A DNA stretch of 64,000 nucleotides from Candidatus Omnitrophota bacterium (GCA_016867115.1 VGKG01000002.1:6449-70448), one strand, 5' to 3'. Shown: positions 20,521-31,764, counted from the first letter of the stretch. The notes: generated by a model not told the origin, from the letters alone. Numbers and translations are program-made.

Positions 20521-21827
20521 AAGAAGCATTCAGGGAATTGCAGGATAAGATCCGCAGCAAAGAAGCGAAGGTTGCGGTGGTCGGCCTGGGTTATGTCGGA
20601 TTGCCGCTTGCGCTTGCTTTTGTAAAAGCGGGGTTTTGTGTCTCAGGGATAGAAGTAGACAAGGACAGATTGGCGCATATCAGGCAAAAATGCTCTTACA
20701 TCAGCGATATCACGGATACGGAACTGAAGAAGGCGCATGCTACCGGCAGGTTTACGGCTTCCGGAGATTTCCAGGCCCTGAAAGGATCTTCCGTTGTATT
20801 GATCTGTGTTCCCACGCCCCTAAAGAGGAAATACCAGCCGAATATTTCCTATATCAAGCAGGCGGTGAAGTCTATCGCCGGCAATTTAAAAAGGGTGAGC
20901 CTCGTGATCCTGGAGAGCACGACTTATCCCGGCACTACCGAAGAAGTGATCCTGCCTTTATTTGAATCATGCGGCCTGCGGCACGGCGAAGATTTTTACC
21001 TGGGCTTTTCTCCGGAGAGGATCGACCCCGGGAACAAGGCTTATTCGCTTGCCAGAATCCCCAAGATCATAGGGGGGATTGATAAGGAGGCTACGCAGCT
21101 TTGCAGCTTGGCGTATCAGAAGATAATACGCAAGGTGGTCCCGGTCTCTTCGGCGCGCGCCGCTGAGACCGCAAAGCTGCTGGAGAATACCTTCCGGCTG
21201 GTGAACATCGGCCTGATCGACGAACTGGCCATGATGTGCCATAAGATGAAGATCGATATCTGGGAAGTGATCGAAGCGGCAGGGACCAAGCCTTTCGGTT
21301 TTATGCCTTTTTTCCCGGGCCCCGGCGTCGGCGGCCACTGTATCCCCAAGGACCCGCTTTATCTCTACTGGAAGGCAAGGCACCACGGCTTTAAGTCGCG
21401 TTTTATAAAGTTAGCCGCGGAAATGATCAATTCCATGCCGGAATACGTGGTTGACCGCGTTGAGGAGGGCCTAGGGAAAAGATCCTTACGCCTGAAAGAT
21501 GCTAAGTGTCTGGTCATCGGCGTGACCTATAAAAAGGACATCAAGGACTTGCGCAAGTCTCCCAGTATAGATATTATAGACATCTTACAGAAAAGAGGGG
21601 CGCGGGTCTGCTATTTTGACCCCTTGATCCCGTATCTAAAGTTGAACCATATAAACTTAAGGTCTGTCGGATTAAAAAAAGAGCTCCTGAGGCAGACGGA
21701 TTGTGTTTTGATCGCGACGGATCACTCTGAAATCGATTATGGTTTATTACTGCGCCATTCCCCCTTTATTTTTGATTCGCGCAATGTCTATAAAGGGAGG
21801 GGCGGCGGAAAGGTGGACTTTTTATAA
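20517..21827 (+). CDS. Nucleotide-sugar dehydrogenase, WbpA/TviB-like (UDP-N-acetylhexosamine 6-dehydrogenase family)
   Basis: VAVVGLGYVGLPLA…GGHCIPKDP. ATG 20517 overlaps the ugd stop (ATGA). The longer 20334 start in the ORF track runs into ugd. Confidence 0.7.
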   Translation: MKEAFRELQDKIRSKEAKVAVVGLGYVGLPLALAFVKAGFCVSGIEVDKDRLAHIRQKCSYISDITDTELKKAHATGRFTASGDFQALKGSSVVLICVPTPLKRKYQPNISYIKQAVKSIAGNLKRVSLVILESTTYPGTTEEVILPLFESCGLRHGEDFYLGFSPERIDPGNKAYSLARIPKIIGGIDKEATQLCSLAYQKIIRKVVPVSSARAAETAKLLENTFRLVNIGLIDELAMMCHKMKIDIWEVIEAAGTKPFGFMPFFPGPGVGGHCIPKDPLYLYWKARHHGFKSRFIKLAAEMINSMPEYVVDRVEEGLGKRSLRLKDAKCLVIGVTYKKDIKDLRKSPSIDIIDILQKRGARVCYFDPLIPYLKLNHINLRSVGLKKELLRQTDCVLIATDHSEIDYGLLLRHSPFIFDSRNVYKGRGGGKVDFL

Positions 21828-22759
21828 TGAGATATCTGGTCACCGGCGGCGCCGGGTTCATCGGTTCGCACATCACTGCGGCACTGGTCAGCAAGGGCCA
21901 CTTTGTGCGCGTCCTGGATAATTTTTCCAGCGGCAAAACGAAGAACCTGGAGGCCTGCGGCAAAAGAATCGACCTGCTGCGTGGGGATATCCGCTCTCCC
22001 GAGGTCTGCCTGAAGGCCTGTGAAGGCATGGACTTTGTCCTGCATCAGGCGGCCTTAAGAAGCGTGCCCCGCTCCATGGAAAACCCCGCAGAATACAATG
22101 AGGTCAATATCGGCGGTACCCTGAATATGCTGGAGGCGGCTTTAAAGAATAAGGTAAAAGGGTTTGTTTTTGCTTCTTCAAGCTCGGTCTACGGAGACGT
22201 AAAGAGCTTTCCGCAAAAAGAGGATTTTACGCCCCGGCCGATTTCGCCCTATGCCCTGACAAAGCTTACCGGAGAGCACTATTGCCGGTTCTTTAGCTCG
22301 CGTTACGGCCTCTCGACTGTGTGCTTGAGGTATTTCAATGTCTTTGGACCGCGCCAGGCCCTCGATGATGAATATGCCGTAGTCATCCCTAAGTTTATCC
22401 ACTGCCTCCTTAATGATGAGCATGCTCCCATTTACGGGACGGGTAAGCAGTCACGCGATTTTACCTATATTGATAATGTCGCGGAGGCCAATCTTCTCGC
22501 CGCAAAAAAAGGGGGCAGGGGTGAGGTCTTTAATATCGCATCCGGCAGGCCCTATACTATTATAGACCTGCTAAAGTTCCTGCAGAAGATTATGGGAAAA
22601 AACATCAAGCCGGTATTCCTGCCTAAGCGCGCGGGAGACGTATTTAAGACGCATGCGTCACTGGCGCAGGCCCAGAGAAAGCTCGGTTTCCGGCCGAAGG
22701 TCGATTTTATCGCCGGACTCAGAATGACCGTAGAGTATTTTGAAAGATCGACAGGATAA
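21827..22759 (+). CDS. NAD-dependent sugar-nucleotide epimerase, WbpP/TviC-like
   Basis: [10 protein letters not shown] Rossmann motif and a YxxxK catalytic dyad (YALTK). It pairs with the WbpA/TviB-like dehydrogenase. Confidence 0.7.
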   Translation: MRYLVTGGAGFIGSHITAALVSKGHFVRVLDNFSSGKTKNLEACGKRIDLLRGDIRSPEVCLKACEGMDFVLHQAALRSVPRSMENPAEYNEVNIGGTLNMLEAALKNKVKGFVFASSSSVYGDVKSFPQKEDFTPRPISPYALTKLTGEHYCRFFSSRYGLSTVCLRYFNVFGPRQALDDEYAVVIPKFIHCLLNDEHAPIYGTGKQSRDFTYIDNVAEANLLAAKKGGRGEVFNIASGRPYTIIDLLKFLQKIMGKNIKPVFLPKRAGDVFKTHASLAQAQRKLGFRPKVDFIAGLRMTVEYFERSTG

Positions 22760-22763
22760 TGCC

Positions 22764-23702
22764 ATGAAAAAGACAGCAGTAGTCACCGGCGGCGCCGGGT
22801 TCATCGGGTCGCATCTGTGTGACCGCCTTATAGGGGAGGGCTTCAAGGTGATCTGCCTGGATAACCTGATCACCGGCAGCCGTAGGAATATAGGGCATCT
22901 CTCAGGCGCAAAAGATTTTAAGTTTATCCGGCATGATGTCACGAAGTTCATCAAGATAAAAGAGAAGGTCGGATATGTCCTGCATTTCGCCTCGCCCGCC
23001 TCGCCCGAGGATTACCTGAAATATCCCATCCAGACCCTGAAGGTCGGATCTTTAGGCACGCACAATGCGCTGGGCCTGGCCAAGGCAAAGCGGGCAAGGT
23101 TTATTCTCGCCTCGACCTCCGAAGTCTACGGCGACCCGCTGGTGCATCCGCAGCCTGAGAGTTACTGGGGTAATGTCAATCCTGTGGGGCTGCGCGGATG
23201 TTACGATGAGTCAAAGCGCTTTGCCGAGGCGCTCACCATGGCTTATCGCCGAGCGCATAAGATGGATACCTGCATCCTGCGCATCTTTAATACCTACGGC
23301 CCGCGCATGAGGCTTAATGACGGCCGCGTGGTCCCTAATTTCATTTCACAGTCCCTCTCGGGCAAGCCGCTGACTGTTTACGGCAGAGGCACCCAGACCA
23401 GGAGTTTCTGCTATATTGATGATCTGATCGAGGGGATCTTCCGGTTGATGCAAAACGATTGCCCGGGCCCGATGAACCTGGGCAACCCGCATGAGTTTAC
23501 CATCCTGCAATTAGCGAAGATCGTGCTTAGGCTTACCGGAGCTAAGTCAAAACTCACCTTTAAGCCGCTCCCCCAAGATGACCCCCGTCAGCGCCGTCCG
23601 GATATTACGCTTGCCAGGAAGTCTCTTGACTGGCAGCCAAAGGTAGAGTTAGAAGAGGGCCTGAAAGAGGCTATTGACTGGTTTAGCCGGAATACGCCCT
23701 AA
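22764..23702 (+). CDS. UDP-glucuronate decarboxylase (UDP-xylose synthase)
   Basis: [11 protein letters not shown], …YDESKR… and the UXS-typical [10 protein letters not shown] segment. Confidence 0.8.
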   Translation: MKKTAVVTGGAGFIGSHLCDRLIGEGFKVICLDNLITGSRRNIGHLSGAKDFKFIRHDVTKFIKIKEKVGYVLHFASPASPEDYLKYPIQTLKVGSLGTHNALGLAKAKRARFILASTSEVYGDPLVHPQPESYWGNVNPVGLRGCYDESKRFAEALTMAYRRAHKMDTCILRIFNTYGPRMRLNDGRVVPNFISQSLSGKPLTVYGRGTQTRSFCYIDDLIEGIFRLMQNDCPGPMNLGNPHEFTILQLAKIVLRLTGAKSKLTFKPLPQDDPRQRRPDITLARKSLDWQPKVELEEGLKEAIDWFSRNTP

Positions 23703-23755
23703 ATCAGGGACTTCTTGAAGGCAGCCTGCCGTTGAGAAATTTGAAAGCGCTTTCC

Positions 23756-23784
23756 TTGACAACCCCGCCTCTATATGTTATACT
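23756..23784 (+). promoter_or_regulatory. Putative sigma70 promoter (TTGACA, 17 nt, TATACT) upstream of the cvpA-like gene
   Basis: Exact -35 hexamer and a near-consensus -10 in the 128-bp gap. Confidence 0.4.
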
Positions 23785-23830
23785 TTGAACAATTTTCCTA
23801 ACCGCAGCTGACACAACCCTTTAATTTCCT

Positions 23831-24400
23831 ATGATCATAGATTTTTTCAGGCATATCAACTGGCTGGATATCTTTGTTGTAATTCTATTATTTAGAGTCT
23901 GTTACATTTCTACTAAAAGCCGGATCCTCGTCGAAATCCTCAAGTTCGCCTCGACTGTCTGCGCTATCTATTTGTCCCTGCATTACTATGCTGCTTTTGC
24001 GGATTTTCTGCACGGGGCGACTAATTTTCCCAGCGAATCCCTGTATTTTATTTCTTTCTGTTTCCTGGCGGCCCTGGGATACATGCTTATCGTGGGCCTG
24101 CGGCTTTTGATCCTGCGTTTCGCAAAGGACCATGAGTTGACCGGTTTAGACAGATGGGGCTCGCCGGTAGTGGGCGCTTTCCGCGCTTTTCTGCTGGCCG
24201 GTCTTTTAATTTTTGCCCTCGGGCTCTGGAACGTTCCTTATTTAAAAGAGAGCATCAAAAGTTCTTTTTCCGGAAGAGGGCTTTTTAATGTCGCTCCGAA
24301 TACCTATAGCTTCATCTGGAACCATGCTGCATCTAAAATATTCCCGGCGTCCGCTTTTAACAGGCATATTCGGGAAGCGGAAGGGAACCTGGATCGTTAA
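23831..24400 (+). CDS. CvpA-family membrane protein
   Basis: 189 aa with four predicted TM helices and a CvpA-like N-terminus. Weak assignment. Confidence 0.45.
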   Translation: MIIDFFRHINWLDIFVVILLFRVCYISTKSRILVEILKFASTVCAIYLSLHYYAAFADFLHGATNFPSESLYFISFCFLAALGYMLIVGLRLLILRFAKDHELTGLDRWGSPVVGAFRAFLLAGLLIFALGLWNVPYLKESIKSSFSGRGLFNVAPNTYSFIWNHAASKIFPASAFNRHIREAEGNLDR

Positions 24401-24405
24401 ACCTT

Positions 24406-25272
24406 ATGAAATTATCCCGATTTTATGAACTGGCGATAAAATACGGAAGAGAACGCGACCCGCGTCCGCGTTTTAAGAAGGGTTATGCGGATTCGGCCAT
24501 ACTCTGCGGAGAGCCCGACCTTGAGGTCAAAAAGATCCTGGTAGGCATAGATATCGAGGCCCCGGAGATACTCTTAGCGGATAGGTTGCGTCAGGAATCA
24601 GGGCTGGACCTGGTGCTGGCTCATCATCCCGAAGGCAGGGCGCTTGCGCGTTTATCCGAGGTTATGGCCGTGCAGGCGGATATCTTAGCCAGGGCCGGTT
24701 TCAAGCGCAAGGCCGCCAAGGAGTTCCTGGAGGAGAGGATGCAGGAGGTAGAACGAAGGCTCCTGCCGCAGAACCATACCCGGCCGGTGGATGCGGCCAG
24801 GCTCCTGGATCTGGCATTCATGTGCTGCCATACGCCCGCGGATAACCATGCCTTCTGGTTTATCAGCAAATTGATGAAAGAAAAGAAGCCTAAGACCGTC
24901 CAGGATATCGTCTCGATACTGGAGGATGTCCCGGAGTACCGGCAGGCCGCAAAAGACTGCCTCGGACCGCGCATCATTTTGGGCAGCCCTAGAAGGCCGG
25001 CAGGAAAGATACTCGTCGAGATGACCGGCGGCACAGAAGGGTCGAAAGATATCTTTGAAAAACTGAGCTCAGCCGGGGTAAGGACGTTAGTCTCAATGCA
25101 CTTAAGCGACGAACACCTCAAGAGAGTAAAAGACGCCAACCTCAATGTGGTCATTGCCGGACACATCTCAAGCGATACATTAGGCCTTAATCTCCTTTTT
25201 GACCGGATCTCGCAAGAAGAAGAGCTCCAGTTCATCCCCTGCTCGGGCTTTAAGAGAATAATCAGGAATTAG
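24406..25272 (+). CDS. NIF3-like (YbgI/YqfO family) metal-binding protein, tentative
   Basis: The C-terminal …VSMHLSDEHLKRVKDANLNVVIAGHISSDTLGLNLL… parallels the NIF3 C-terminal metal-binding segment, and there is an internal HHP motif. The N-terminus is atypical. Confidence 0.4.
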   Translation: MKLSRFYELAIKYGRERDPRPRFKKGYADSAILCGEPDLEVKKILVGIDIEAPEILLADRLRQESGLDLVLAHHPEGRALARLSEVMAVQADILARAGFKRKAAKEFLEERMQEVERRLLPQNHTRPVDAARLLDLAFMCCHTPADNHAFWFISKLMKEKKPKTVQDIVSILEDVPEYRQAAKDCLGPRIILGSPRRPAGKILVEMTGGTEGSKDIFEKLSSAGVRTLVSMHLSDEHLKRVKDANLNVVIAGHISSDTLGLNLLFDRISQEEELQFIPCSGFKRIIRN

Positions 25273-25288
25273 ACAAGAGGGTTTAAGC

Positions 25289-27052
25289 ATGGCAGGACGT
25301 ATCCCGGAAAATCTATTGGAAGATATTTTAAGCCGCATTGATATCGTTGAGGTCATCTCCGGATATCTGCCCCTAAAGCGCGCAGGAAGGAACTTCAAGG
25401 CCTGCTGCCCGTTCCATCACGAGAAGACAGCGTCTTTCATGGTCTCGCCTGATCGCCAGATCTACCACTGTTTCGGCTGCGGCGAGTCCGGGAATGCCTT
25501 CAAGTTCCTGATGCGCTATGAGCGCATGGAGTTTCCGGAAGCGGTGGAGACGCTGGCAAGCAAAGCAGGAGTAATCCTGCCCAGGGCAAGCCCTCAAGAC
25601 AGCCAGGCAGCGAATCTCATCGCCCAGATTTACAGGGCGAATGAAGCTGCAGCGCTTTTCTACGCTAATAATTTAAGCCACGCTGCCGGCCATGAGGCGA
25701 GGAACTATCTTGTAAAGCGCGGCCTCACCGAGGACTCGATCAGGACTTTTAGGCTCGGCCTTGCGCTAGAAAAATGGGACGGCCTGATAAATCACCTGAG
25801 GCAATCTGCGATGAGCTTAGGCGTGATCGAGAAGGCGGGCCTGATCCTTCCCAGGGATGGCGGCGGTTTCTATGACCGTTTCCGCAACCGCATCATCTTT
25901 CCGATATCCGATATCCGCTCGCGGGTCCTCGGTTTCGGGGCCAGGGTCCTGGATAACGCGCTGCCTAAGTACATGAACTCTCCGGAGACCCCCATTTATA
26001 CCAAAGGCAACAACCTTTACGGCCTGTACCTGTCTAGAGACCATATCCGGGATACGGACCTTTGCGTAGTAGTGGAAGGGTATCTGGATTTTATGATTCC
26101 TTATCAGCATGGGTTGAAAAATATCGTGGCTTCGCAGGGCACCGCTCTCACCGCGGAACAGATCAGGTTACTGAAAAGATACACCCACAATGTGGTAATG
26201 GTCTATGACGGAGACGCGGCCGGGGAGTTGGCCACCTTAAGGAGCCTGGACCTGTTTATCGAAGAAGAGATGCATGTGCGGGTGGCGGGGCTGCCTGCCG
26301 GCTTTGATCCGGATACCTTTGTGCGGCAATTCGGTATCCGCAAGTTCAAAGATACCGTCGATAACGCAAAAGACCTTTTCGATTATAAGCTGGCAATACT
26401 CAAGTCAAGGCATGATCCCGCCTCTGTTCAGGGCAAGGCCCGGATATGCCAGGATATGCTTGAGACACTGGGAAAGTTCAAGAACGCAGTCCTGAAATCA
26501 GAGTATATCAAGAAGCTGGCTCAGGAAGTAGACGTGAGGGAAGAGTCGCTGCTTTCCGAGATAAAGAAGGTCAAGGCAGTCAGGCCTTATCAGGAGCTAA
26601 AAGAGCCGGCCGGCAAGAAGGCGGCCGCGATAAACCCTACGGAAAAATTACTGATCAGATTAATGCTGCAGGAATCAGGCCTGATCGGACGCATCAGAGA
26701 GCACCTTGAGCCTGCGGATTTCCAGGATGAGCGCATGACCCGGATCGCCTCGGTCCTTTTCGACCTGGATTCGCAGGGCAGGGCCGTCGAGCCGCGTTTT
26801 CTGGTCAACCATATTACCGACGAAGACTTCTCGGAGCTGGTCTGTGAATCTGCGGTCATGCAGGAGGACTTCAGCGCAGGGCACAAGGAAAAGGTGGTCG
26901 CGGACTGCATCCAGCGCCTGAAATCGGAGAGGCTTAAAATAAAAAAGCAGAAGCTGGCGGAGGAGATCAGGCGCGCCCAGCATCTAGGCGATGAGCCGAG
27001 GCTCAAAGAGTTGATGGAGGAATTCCACTATTTACTGAGGAAGAAAGGATAA
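25289..27052 (+). CDS. dnaG: DNA primase DnaG
   Basis: Zinc-binding [11 protein letters not shown]…CFGCG and a TOPRIM domain, followed by rpoD. Confidence 0.9.
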   Translation: MAGRIPENLLEDILSRIDIVEVISGYLPLKRAGRNFKACCPFHHEKTASFMVSPDRQIYHCFGCGESGNAFKFLMRYERMEFPEAVETLASKAGVILPRASPQDSQAANLIAQIYRANEAAALFYANNLSHAAGHEARNYLVKRGLTEDSIRTFRLGLALEKWDGLINHLRQSAMSLGVIEKAGLILPRDGGGFYDRFRNRIIFPISDIRSRVLGFGARVLDNALPKYMNSPETPIYTKGNNLYGLYLSRDHIRDTDLCVVVEGYLDFMIPYQHGLKNIVASQGTALTAEQIRLLKRYTHNVVMVYDGDAAGELATLRSLDLFIEEEMHVRVAGLPAGFDPDTFVRQFGIRKFKDTVDNAKDLFDYKLAILKSRHDPASVQGKARICQDMLETLGKFKNAVLKSEYIKKLAQEVDVREESLLSEIKKVKAVRPYQELKEPAGKKAAAINPTEKLLIRLMLQESGLIGRIREHLEPADFQDERMTRIASVLFDLDSQGRAVEPRFLVNHITDEDFSELVCESAVMQEDFSAGHKEKVVADCIQRLKSERLKIKKQKLAEEIRRAQHLGDEPRLKELMEEFHYLLRKKG

Positions 27053-27056
27053 AAGG

Positions 27057-28580
27057 ATGAAGAAGAAAGAATACCTGACCAAGGATATGGAAAAGATCAT
27101 CGCCCTCGGGAAACAGAAGGGTTTTCTCACTTATGATGAAGTGAATGACCTCCTGCCTCAGGATGTATCTAACTCCGAGGATATCGACAAGCTCTTTGAG
27201 ATGCTGGGCAATGAGGATATCCAGATAGTGGAGACGGAGGAAGAAAGGGTCGTGGAGAAGCCCCAGGCTTTGTCTAAGGAAGACATCCTGGCCGAGCAGT
27301 CCAGGAACGAAGAGAGATTCCTTCCTCTGGATGACCCGGTAAAGATGTACCTGAAGCAGATGGGTTCGATATCGCTCCTCTCCCGGGAACATGAGATAGA
27401 GCTGGCTAAAAAGATCGAAGAGGCGGAGGAGAGGTTTAAGCGGGCAAGCCTTTCCGCCCGGTTTGTGCGCAGCGAAGCCATTGCGGTTGCCGGCGATATC
27501 ATAGATGGAAAGGTTAATCTTGAAGAGGTGGTCAAGGAGGATATCAAGGTAAAGAAGGGCAATTGTCTCAACCGGATCCGCAGGATAACCAACCGCCTCA
27601 AGACCACCCGCAGCAATACCGGCGCGATCAATCTCATCCTGCAATACAATTTCACCACTTCAGTCATAGAGACCGCGGTGCGCAGGCTCACCCGCCTGGT
27701 CAAGGAGCTGGAGAAGGCCAAGGGCAAGGGCAGCATGGCCCGTAAGCGCAAAATCCTGCGGCAGCTGGCAGAACCGTACTTAGGCATCAAAGAGCGGATG
27801 AAACTGATCAAGTCCACGCACCTTAAGTTCAACCGCACGAAAAAGAAGCTGGTTGAGGCGAATCTGCGCCTGGTAGTGAGCATCGCCAAAAAATACACCA
27901 ACCGCGGCCTCTCCTTCCTGGACCTTATTCAGGAGGGCAATATCGGCCTGATGCGCGCCGTGGAGAAGTTCGAGTATAAGAGAGGATATAAGTTCTCCAC
28001 CTATGCCACCTGGTGGATAAGGCAGGCAATCACCCGTTCTATCGCGGACCAGGCCCGTACTATCAGGATCCCGGTGCATATGACCGAGACGATCAATAAG
28101 ATCATTCGCTTCTCGCGCATCTTTGTGCAGGAGAACGGTCGGGAACCCATGCCTGAAGAGATCGCTGCCAAGATGCGCCTCCCTCAGGATAAGGTAAAGG
28201 CGATCCTGAAGATCGCCCAGGAGCCGATCTCCCTGCAGATGCCTATCGGCGATGAAGGGGATACGCACTTCGGGGATTTTATCCAGGATAAAAAAGCGGT
28301 CTCGCCCGCGAATGAGACGGTGCGTTCAATGCTCAAGGAAGAGATGAACTCCGCCCTGAGCACCCTTACCGAACGCGAAAAGAAAATACTGGTCCTGCGT
28401 TTCGGTATCCAGGACGGCTGTTCCCGGACACTGGAAGAGGTGGGCAATATTTTCAAGGTCACCCGGGAAAGGGTGCGCCAGATAGAGGCTAAAGCCCTGA
28501 AGAAGTTGCGCCATCCGACGCGCTCAAGGCGCTTGAGGTCATTTTTAGACATGACGCTGGCGCATCAGAGGGAATGTTAA
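27057..28580 (+). CDS. rpoD: RNA polymerase sigma factor RpoD (sigma-70)
   Basis: Regions 1.2 to 4 with hallmark motifs (…[27 protein letters not shown]…). Confidence 0.9.
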   Translation: MKKKEYLTKDMEKIIALGKQKGFLTYDEVNDLLPQDVSNSEDIDKLFEMLGNEDIQIVETEEERVVEKPQALSKEDILAEQSRNEERFLPLDDPVKMYLKQMGSISLLSREHEIELAKKIEEAEERFKRASLSARFVRSEAIAVAGDIIDGKVNLEEVVKEDIKVKKGNCLNRIRRITNRLKTTRSNTGAINLILQYNFTTSVIETAVRRLTRLVKELEKAKGKGSMARKRKILRQLAEPYLGIKERMKLIKSTHLKFNRTKKKLVEANLRLVVSIAKKYTNRGLSFLDLIQEGNIGLMRAVEKFEYKRGYKFSTYATWWIRQAITRSIADQARTIRIPVHMTETINKIIRFSRIFVQENGREPMPEEIAAKMRLPQDKVKAILKIAQEPISLQMPIGDEGDTHFGDFIQDKKAVSPANETVRSMLKEEMNSALSTLTEREKKILVLRFGIQDGCSRTLEEVGNIFKVTRERVRQIEAKALKKLRHPTRSRRLRSFLDMTLAHQREC

Positions 28581-28584
28581 GCGG

Positions 28585-30777
28585 ATGAACGAAGATAGCA
28601 ATAATATAGAACGCCTGAATAAAGAGCTGCAGGCGCTGGAGGCCCGCCTGAAAGAGCTGCAGACCCGGGAGGCGGAGTTTAAGCTTGCCGAAGGGCGGCT
28701 CAAAGAGGCATCCGCGGAGCTGGAGATAAGGGTAAAGGTCAGGACCGCAGAACTTACCAAGGCTAATGAAGAACTGCGCAGGGAGATCATCGAGCGTAAG
28801 CGCGCCGAAGAGATGCTTACCCAGAGCGAAAAGCGCTACCGCGCGATCGTCGAGGATCAGACGGAACTGATCTGCCGTTTCCTCCCCGGCGGAATCCTTA
28901 CCTTTATCAACGGCGCTTACTGCCGTTATTTCAATAAGGGGCCTGAAGAATTGATCGGAAAGAGTTTCATGCCCCTGATCTCCGAAGACGACCGCGAGGC
29001 TGTAGAAAAGAACCTCTCGCTGCTTGGCCCCCAGAATCCCGTGGTCAGCCACGAGGAGCGGGTAATCGCGGCGGACGGCTCCATTCGCTGGCAGCAGTGG
29101 ACTAACCGCGCGATCGTCAATAACGAGGGAAAGGTCGTTGAATACCAGGCGGTAGGCAGGGATATTACCGAGCGCAAAATAATCGAGGAGGCATTGAGGG
29201 AATCCGAAGATAAATACCGCCGGCTCTTTGACACGGCAAACGACGCCATCTTTATTGCGGATCCGGAGACCGCTATTATTGTCGATGCCAACAAAAGGGC
29301 CTCCGAGTTGATCGGCATCCCCCAAAATGAGATCATCGGCATGCACCAGAGCCAGCTCCACCCTCCGGATGAAGCAGAGTTTCACCGCAGGTTGTTCCAG
29401 AAACATGTTAAGGCAGGCGGGGCTTTTTTAGAAGAGGCGCGCCTGATTACCCGCGACGGCCTCAAGATCCAGGTCGAGATCAGCGCCAGCCGCGTGCAGA
29501 TCGGCGGAAGGGACCTGCTCCTGGGGATATTCCGCGACATTACGGAAAGAAAATCGACCCAGGAGGCCCTTGAGGTGCTGAATAAGGAGCTTTTAAGGTC
29601 CAACGAAAAGCTGAAACAATTGTCGCTCAAAGACCCTCTTACCGAACTCTACAGCCACAGTTATTTACAGGAGATCATTGAGGCCGAGCTTCACCGCGCC
29701 CGTCGCCACGCGCATTCATTGTCGGTGATCATGGTGGATATAGATTATTTTAAATCTATAAACGACGTCTACGGGCATCAATTCGGCGACCTGATCCTGA
29801 AGCAGTTTTCCAGGCAGCTGAAACGCATGGTGCGCAGGTATGATATCGTCGTGCGTTTCGGCGGCGAAGAGTTTGTGGTGATCTCGCCCGATATTGACCG
29901 TCAGGAGGCCCTGGCTCAGGCGCAGAGGATCCTGCAGGCGTTAAACCTGTACAATTTCGGGGATAAGAAACATGCGGTCAAGCTGAAGTTGAGCCTCGCG
30001 TTAGCTTCCTACCCCGAAGATAAAGTCGCCAAGGGTATTGACCTGATCAGCCTTACGGATAAGATCCTGAATAAGGTCAAGGAATCAGGAGGAAACCGCG
30101 TCTTCTCAAGCCTGGATATCAAGACAAAGAAGAAGACAGCCGCAAAACCCGGCCAATTGAAAGACGTCAAAGTCCTCAGGTCTCGGATAGAAAAGCTCAC
30201 CAAAAAAGCAAACGAAAGCCTGATGGAGGCGATCTTTGCTTTTGCCAAGACCATCGAGCTTAAAGACCATTATACGGGAAACCACGTCGAGAATACCATG
30301 CGATTCGCAGCCGAGATCGCCAAAGAGCTTGAGCTGCCGAAAGATGAGATCGAACTGGTGAGGGAGGCTGCGATCCTGCATGACCTGGGGAAGATCGGCA
30401 TCAGCGAAAAGATCCTGCTCAAGAGATCCAGGCTCACCAGGCAGGAGTTCGAGGAGATCAAAAAGCACCCCCAGATAGGCGCGGATATTATCCGGCCGAT
30501 CCAGTTCCTGCACGACCTGATCCCTTATATCCTTTATCACCATGAGCGCTGGGACGGAAAAGGATACCCAAGCGGCATAAGGGGAGAGGAGATACCCGTC
30601 GGGGCCAGGATCATCGCCATCGCTGACGTATATCAGGCCCTGACCAGTGACCGGCCGTACCGCAAGGCCTTTTCAAAGCGCGAGGCGCTTAAGATCATCA
30701 AAGATGGTTCCGGCTCGCAGTTTGATCCGCGCATTGCGGATATATTCCTGAATATCTTAGGGAAGGAGAAGAGCTGA
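28585..30777 (+). CDS. Multidomain c-di-GMP enzyme: coiled coil, two PAS domains, a GGDEF cyclase and an HD-GYP phosphodiesterase
   Basis: RFGGEEF in the GGDEF domain. C-terminal HD-GYP motifs HDLGK and HHERWDGKGYP. Confidence 0.85.
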   Translation: MNEDSNNIERLNKELQALEARLKELQTREAEFKLAEGRLKEASAELEIRVKVRTAELTKANEELRREIIERKRAEEMLTQSEKRYRAIVEDQTELICRFLPGGILTFINGAYCRYFNKGPEELIGKSFMPLISEDDREAVEKNLSLLGPQNPVVSHEERVIAADGSIRWQQWTNRAIVNNEGKVVEYQAVGRDITERKIIEEALRESEDKYRRLFDTANDAIFIADPETAIIVDANKRASELIGIPQNEIIGMHQSQLHPPDEAEFHRRLFQKHVKAGGAFLEEARLITRDGLKIQVEISASRVQIGGRDLLLGIFRDITERKSTQEALEVLNKELLRSNEKLKQLSLKDPLTELYSHSYLQEIIEAELHRARRHAHSLSVIMVDIDYFKSINDVYGHQFGDLILKQFSRQLKRMVRRYDIVVRFGGEEFVVISPDIDRQEALAQAQRILQALNLYNFGDKKHAVKLKLSLALASYPEDKVAKGIDLISLTDKILNKVKESGGNRVFSSLDIKTKKKTAAKPGQLKDVKVLRSRIEKLTKKANESLMEAIFAFAKTIELKDHYTGNHVENTMRFAAEIAKELELPKDEIELVREAAILHDLGKIGISEKILLKRSRLTRQEFEEIKKHPQIGADIIRPIQFLHDLIPYILYHHERWDGKGYPSGIRGEEIPVGARIIAIADVYQALTSDRPYRKAFSKREALKIIKDGSGSQFDPRIADIFLNILGKEKS

Positions 30778-31298
30778 TGAAGGCCGTTCTTACGTTAGTA
30801 TTTTCGCTGATCTGGGCGGTTCCGGGGTTCTGCTGGCGGGATTCCCTGGAATACGACAGGAGCGTCGGGCAATGGACCTATCAGGGGGGCGCGCTCACTC
30901 CCCTGGAAGAGGTAAAAAGCGGGGTACCCCGGGTTTCTCCTGAGTCCAGCGCGGCAAGAGTGGTTTTAGCGCCAAAGACCAGGAATGAGGCCATGAAGCC
31001 GGTTCAACCGAAGCCTAAACAAACCGTTTCTAACCGTCCGGTTGCGCTTCCGTTTCAGAACGCTCCGGCAGGAAACGCTTCCGTGAAAGCAAGCCCCGCG
31101 GCAAAGGCAGCGCCTTTTGATTTTAAAGGGGATTTCTCGGATACGGGCGCGGGTTTTGACGAGCCGACCGCAACTTTTAGCAGCCCAACCGGGATCTTTG
31201 ATGAGTCTTCGGGCGATTTTAAAAGCAGCGACGGAATATTTGACGAACCTGCTGACGCCTTCGATGAACCTTCCGCGGATTTTTCCGCCCGGGATTAA
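30777..31298 (+). CDS. Secreted low-complexity protein with five C-terminal FDE-type acidic repeats
   Basis: Signal peptide MKAVLTLVFSLIWAVPG; repeats …GFDEP…IFDES…DFKSS…IFDEP…AFDEP…ADFS. ATGA overlap with the upstream gene. Confidence 0.5.
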   Translation: MKAVLTLVFSLIWAVPGFCWRDSLEYDRSVGQWTYQGGALTPLEEVKSGVPRVSPESSAARVVLAPKTRNEAMKPVQPKPKQTVSNRPVALPFQNAPAGNASVKASPAAKAAPFDFKGDFSDTGAGFDEPTATFSSPTGIFDESSGDFKSSDGIFDEPADAFDEPSADFSARD

Positions 31299-31317
31299 AA
31301 ATAAAAGAGGAGGAAAA

Positions 31318-31689
31318 ATGCGTAAGACCATACCCGTTTTACTTATCGCCTGCGTATTTATTTCTATCGTCAGCTTTTCTTCTGCCGAAGAAAGGAAATA
31401 TATCGAATCAAAAGCCGGCCGGAGGTTTGAGGTATCCCTTGAATCAAATAAGTCCACCGGTTTTGAATGGCAGTTCGAGATGGACCCCCCCAGTGGCATA
31501 GCGCGCATGGTCAAATATGAATACCGCCTTAAATATCCCAGGATGATAGGCCAGGGAGGGGAAGAGATCTGGAGTTTCAGGGCGCTCGCAGCGGGAACGG
31601 TCCGCATTACCTTTAAATACCGCAGGCCATGGGAAAAGAAAGCCGCTGCGGAAAGAGAAGTAGTCTATTACGTAACGGTGAAGCCGTAA
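31318..31689 (+). CDS. Chagasin-family (I42) cysteine-protease inhibitor, secreted
   Basis: Signal peptide, N(K)STGFEW (chagasin motif NPTTGYxW) and YRRPWE (conserved RPW loop). Strong RBS AAGAGGAGG. The 31117 start in the ORF track is out of context. Confidence 0.65.
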   Translation: MRKTIPVLLIACVFISIVSFSSAEERKYIESKAGRRFEVSLESNKSTGFEWQFEMDPPSGIARMVKYEYRLKYPRMIGQGGEEIWSFRALAAGTVRITFKYRRPWEKKAAAEREVVYYVTVKP

Positions 31690-31764
31690 ACAGGGGAGAG
31701 CAAAGCTACTATCACCTTTACGGGTGAAAATATAAGCCTGAGCTGGTGGAGTTTGCTGTGCAGA

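Noticed and set aside
28489-29406. 305-aa minus-strand ORF
   Set aside because: Antisense to the rpoD 3' end and the PAS-GGDEF-HD-GYP gene, both confidently assigned; no motifs.
31117-31317. Long form of the chagasin-like ORF starting at 31117
   Set aside because: Overlaps the FDE-repeat gene in another frame. A strong RBS and signal peptide start at 31318.
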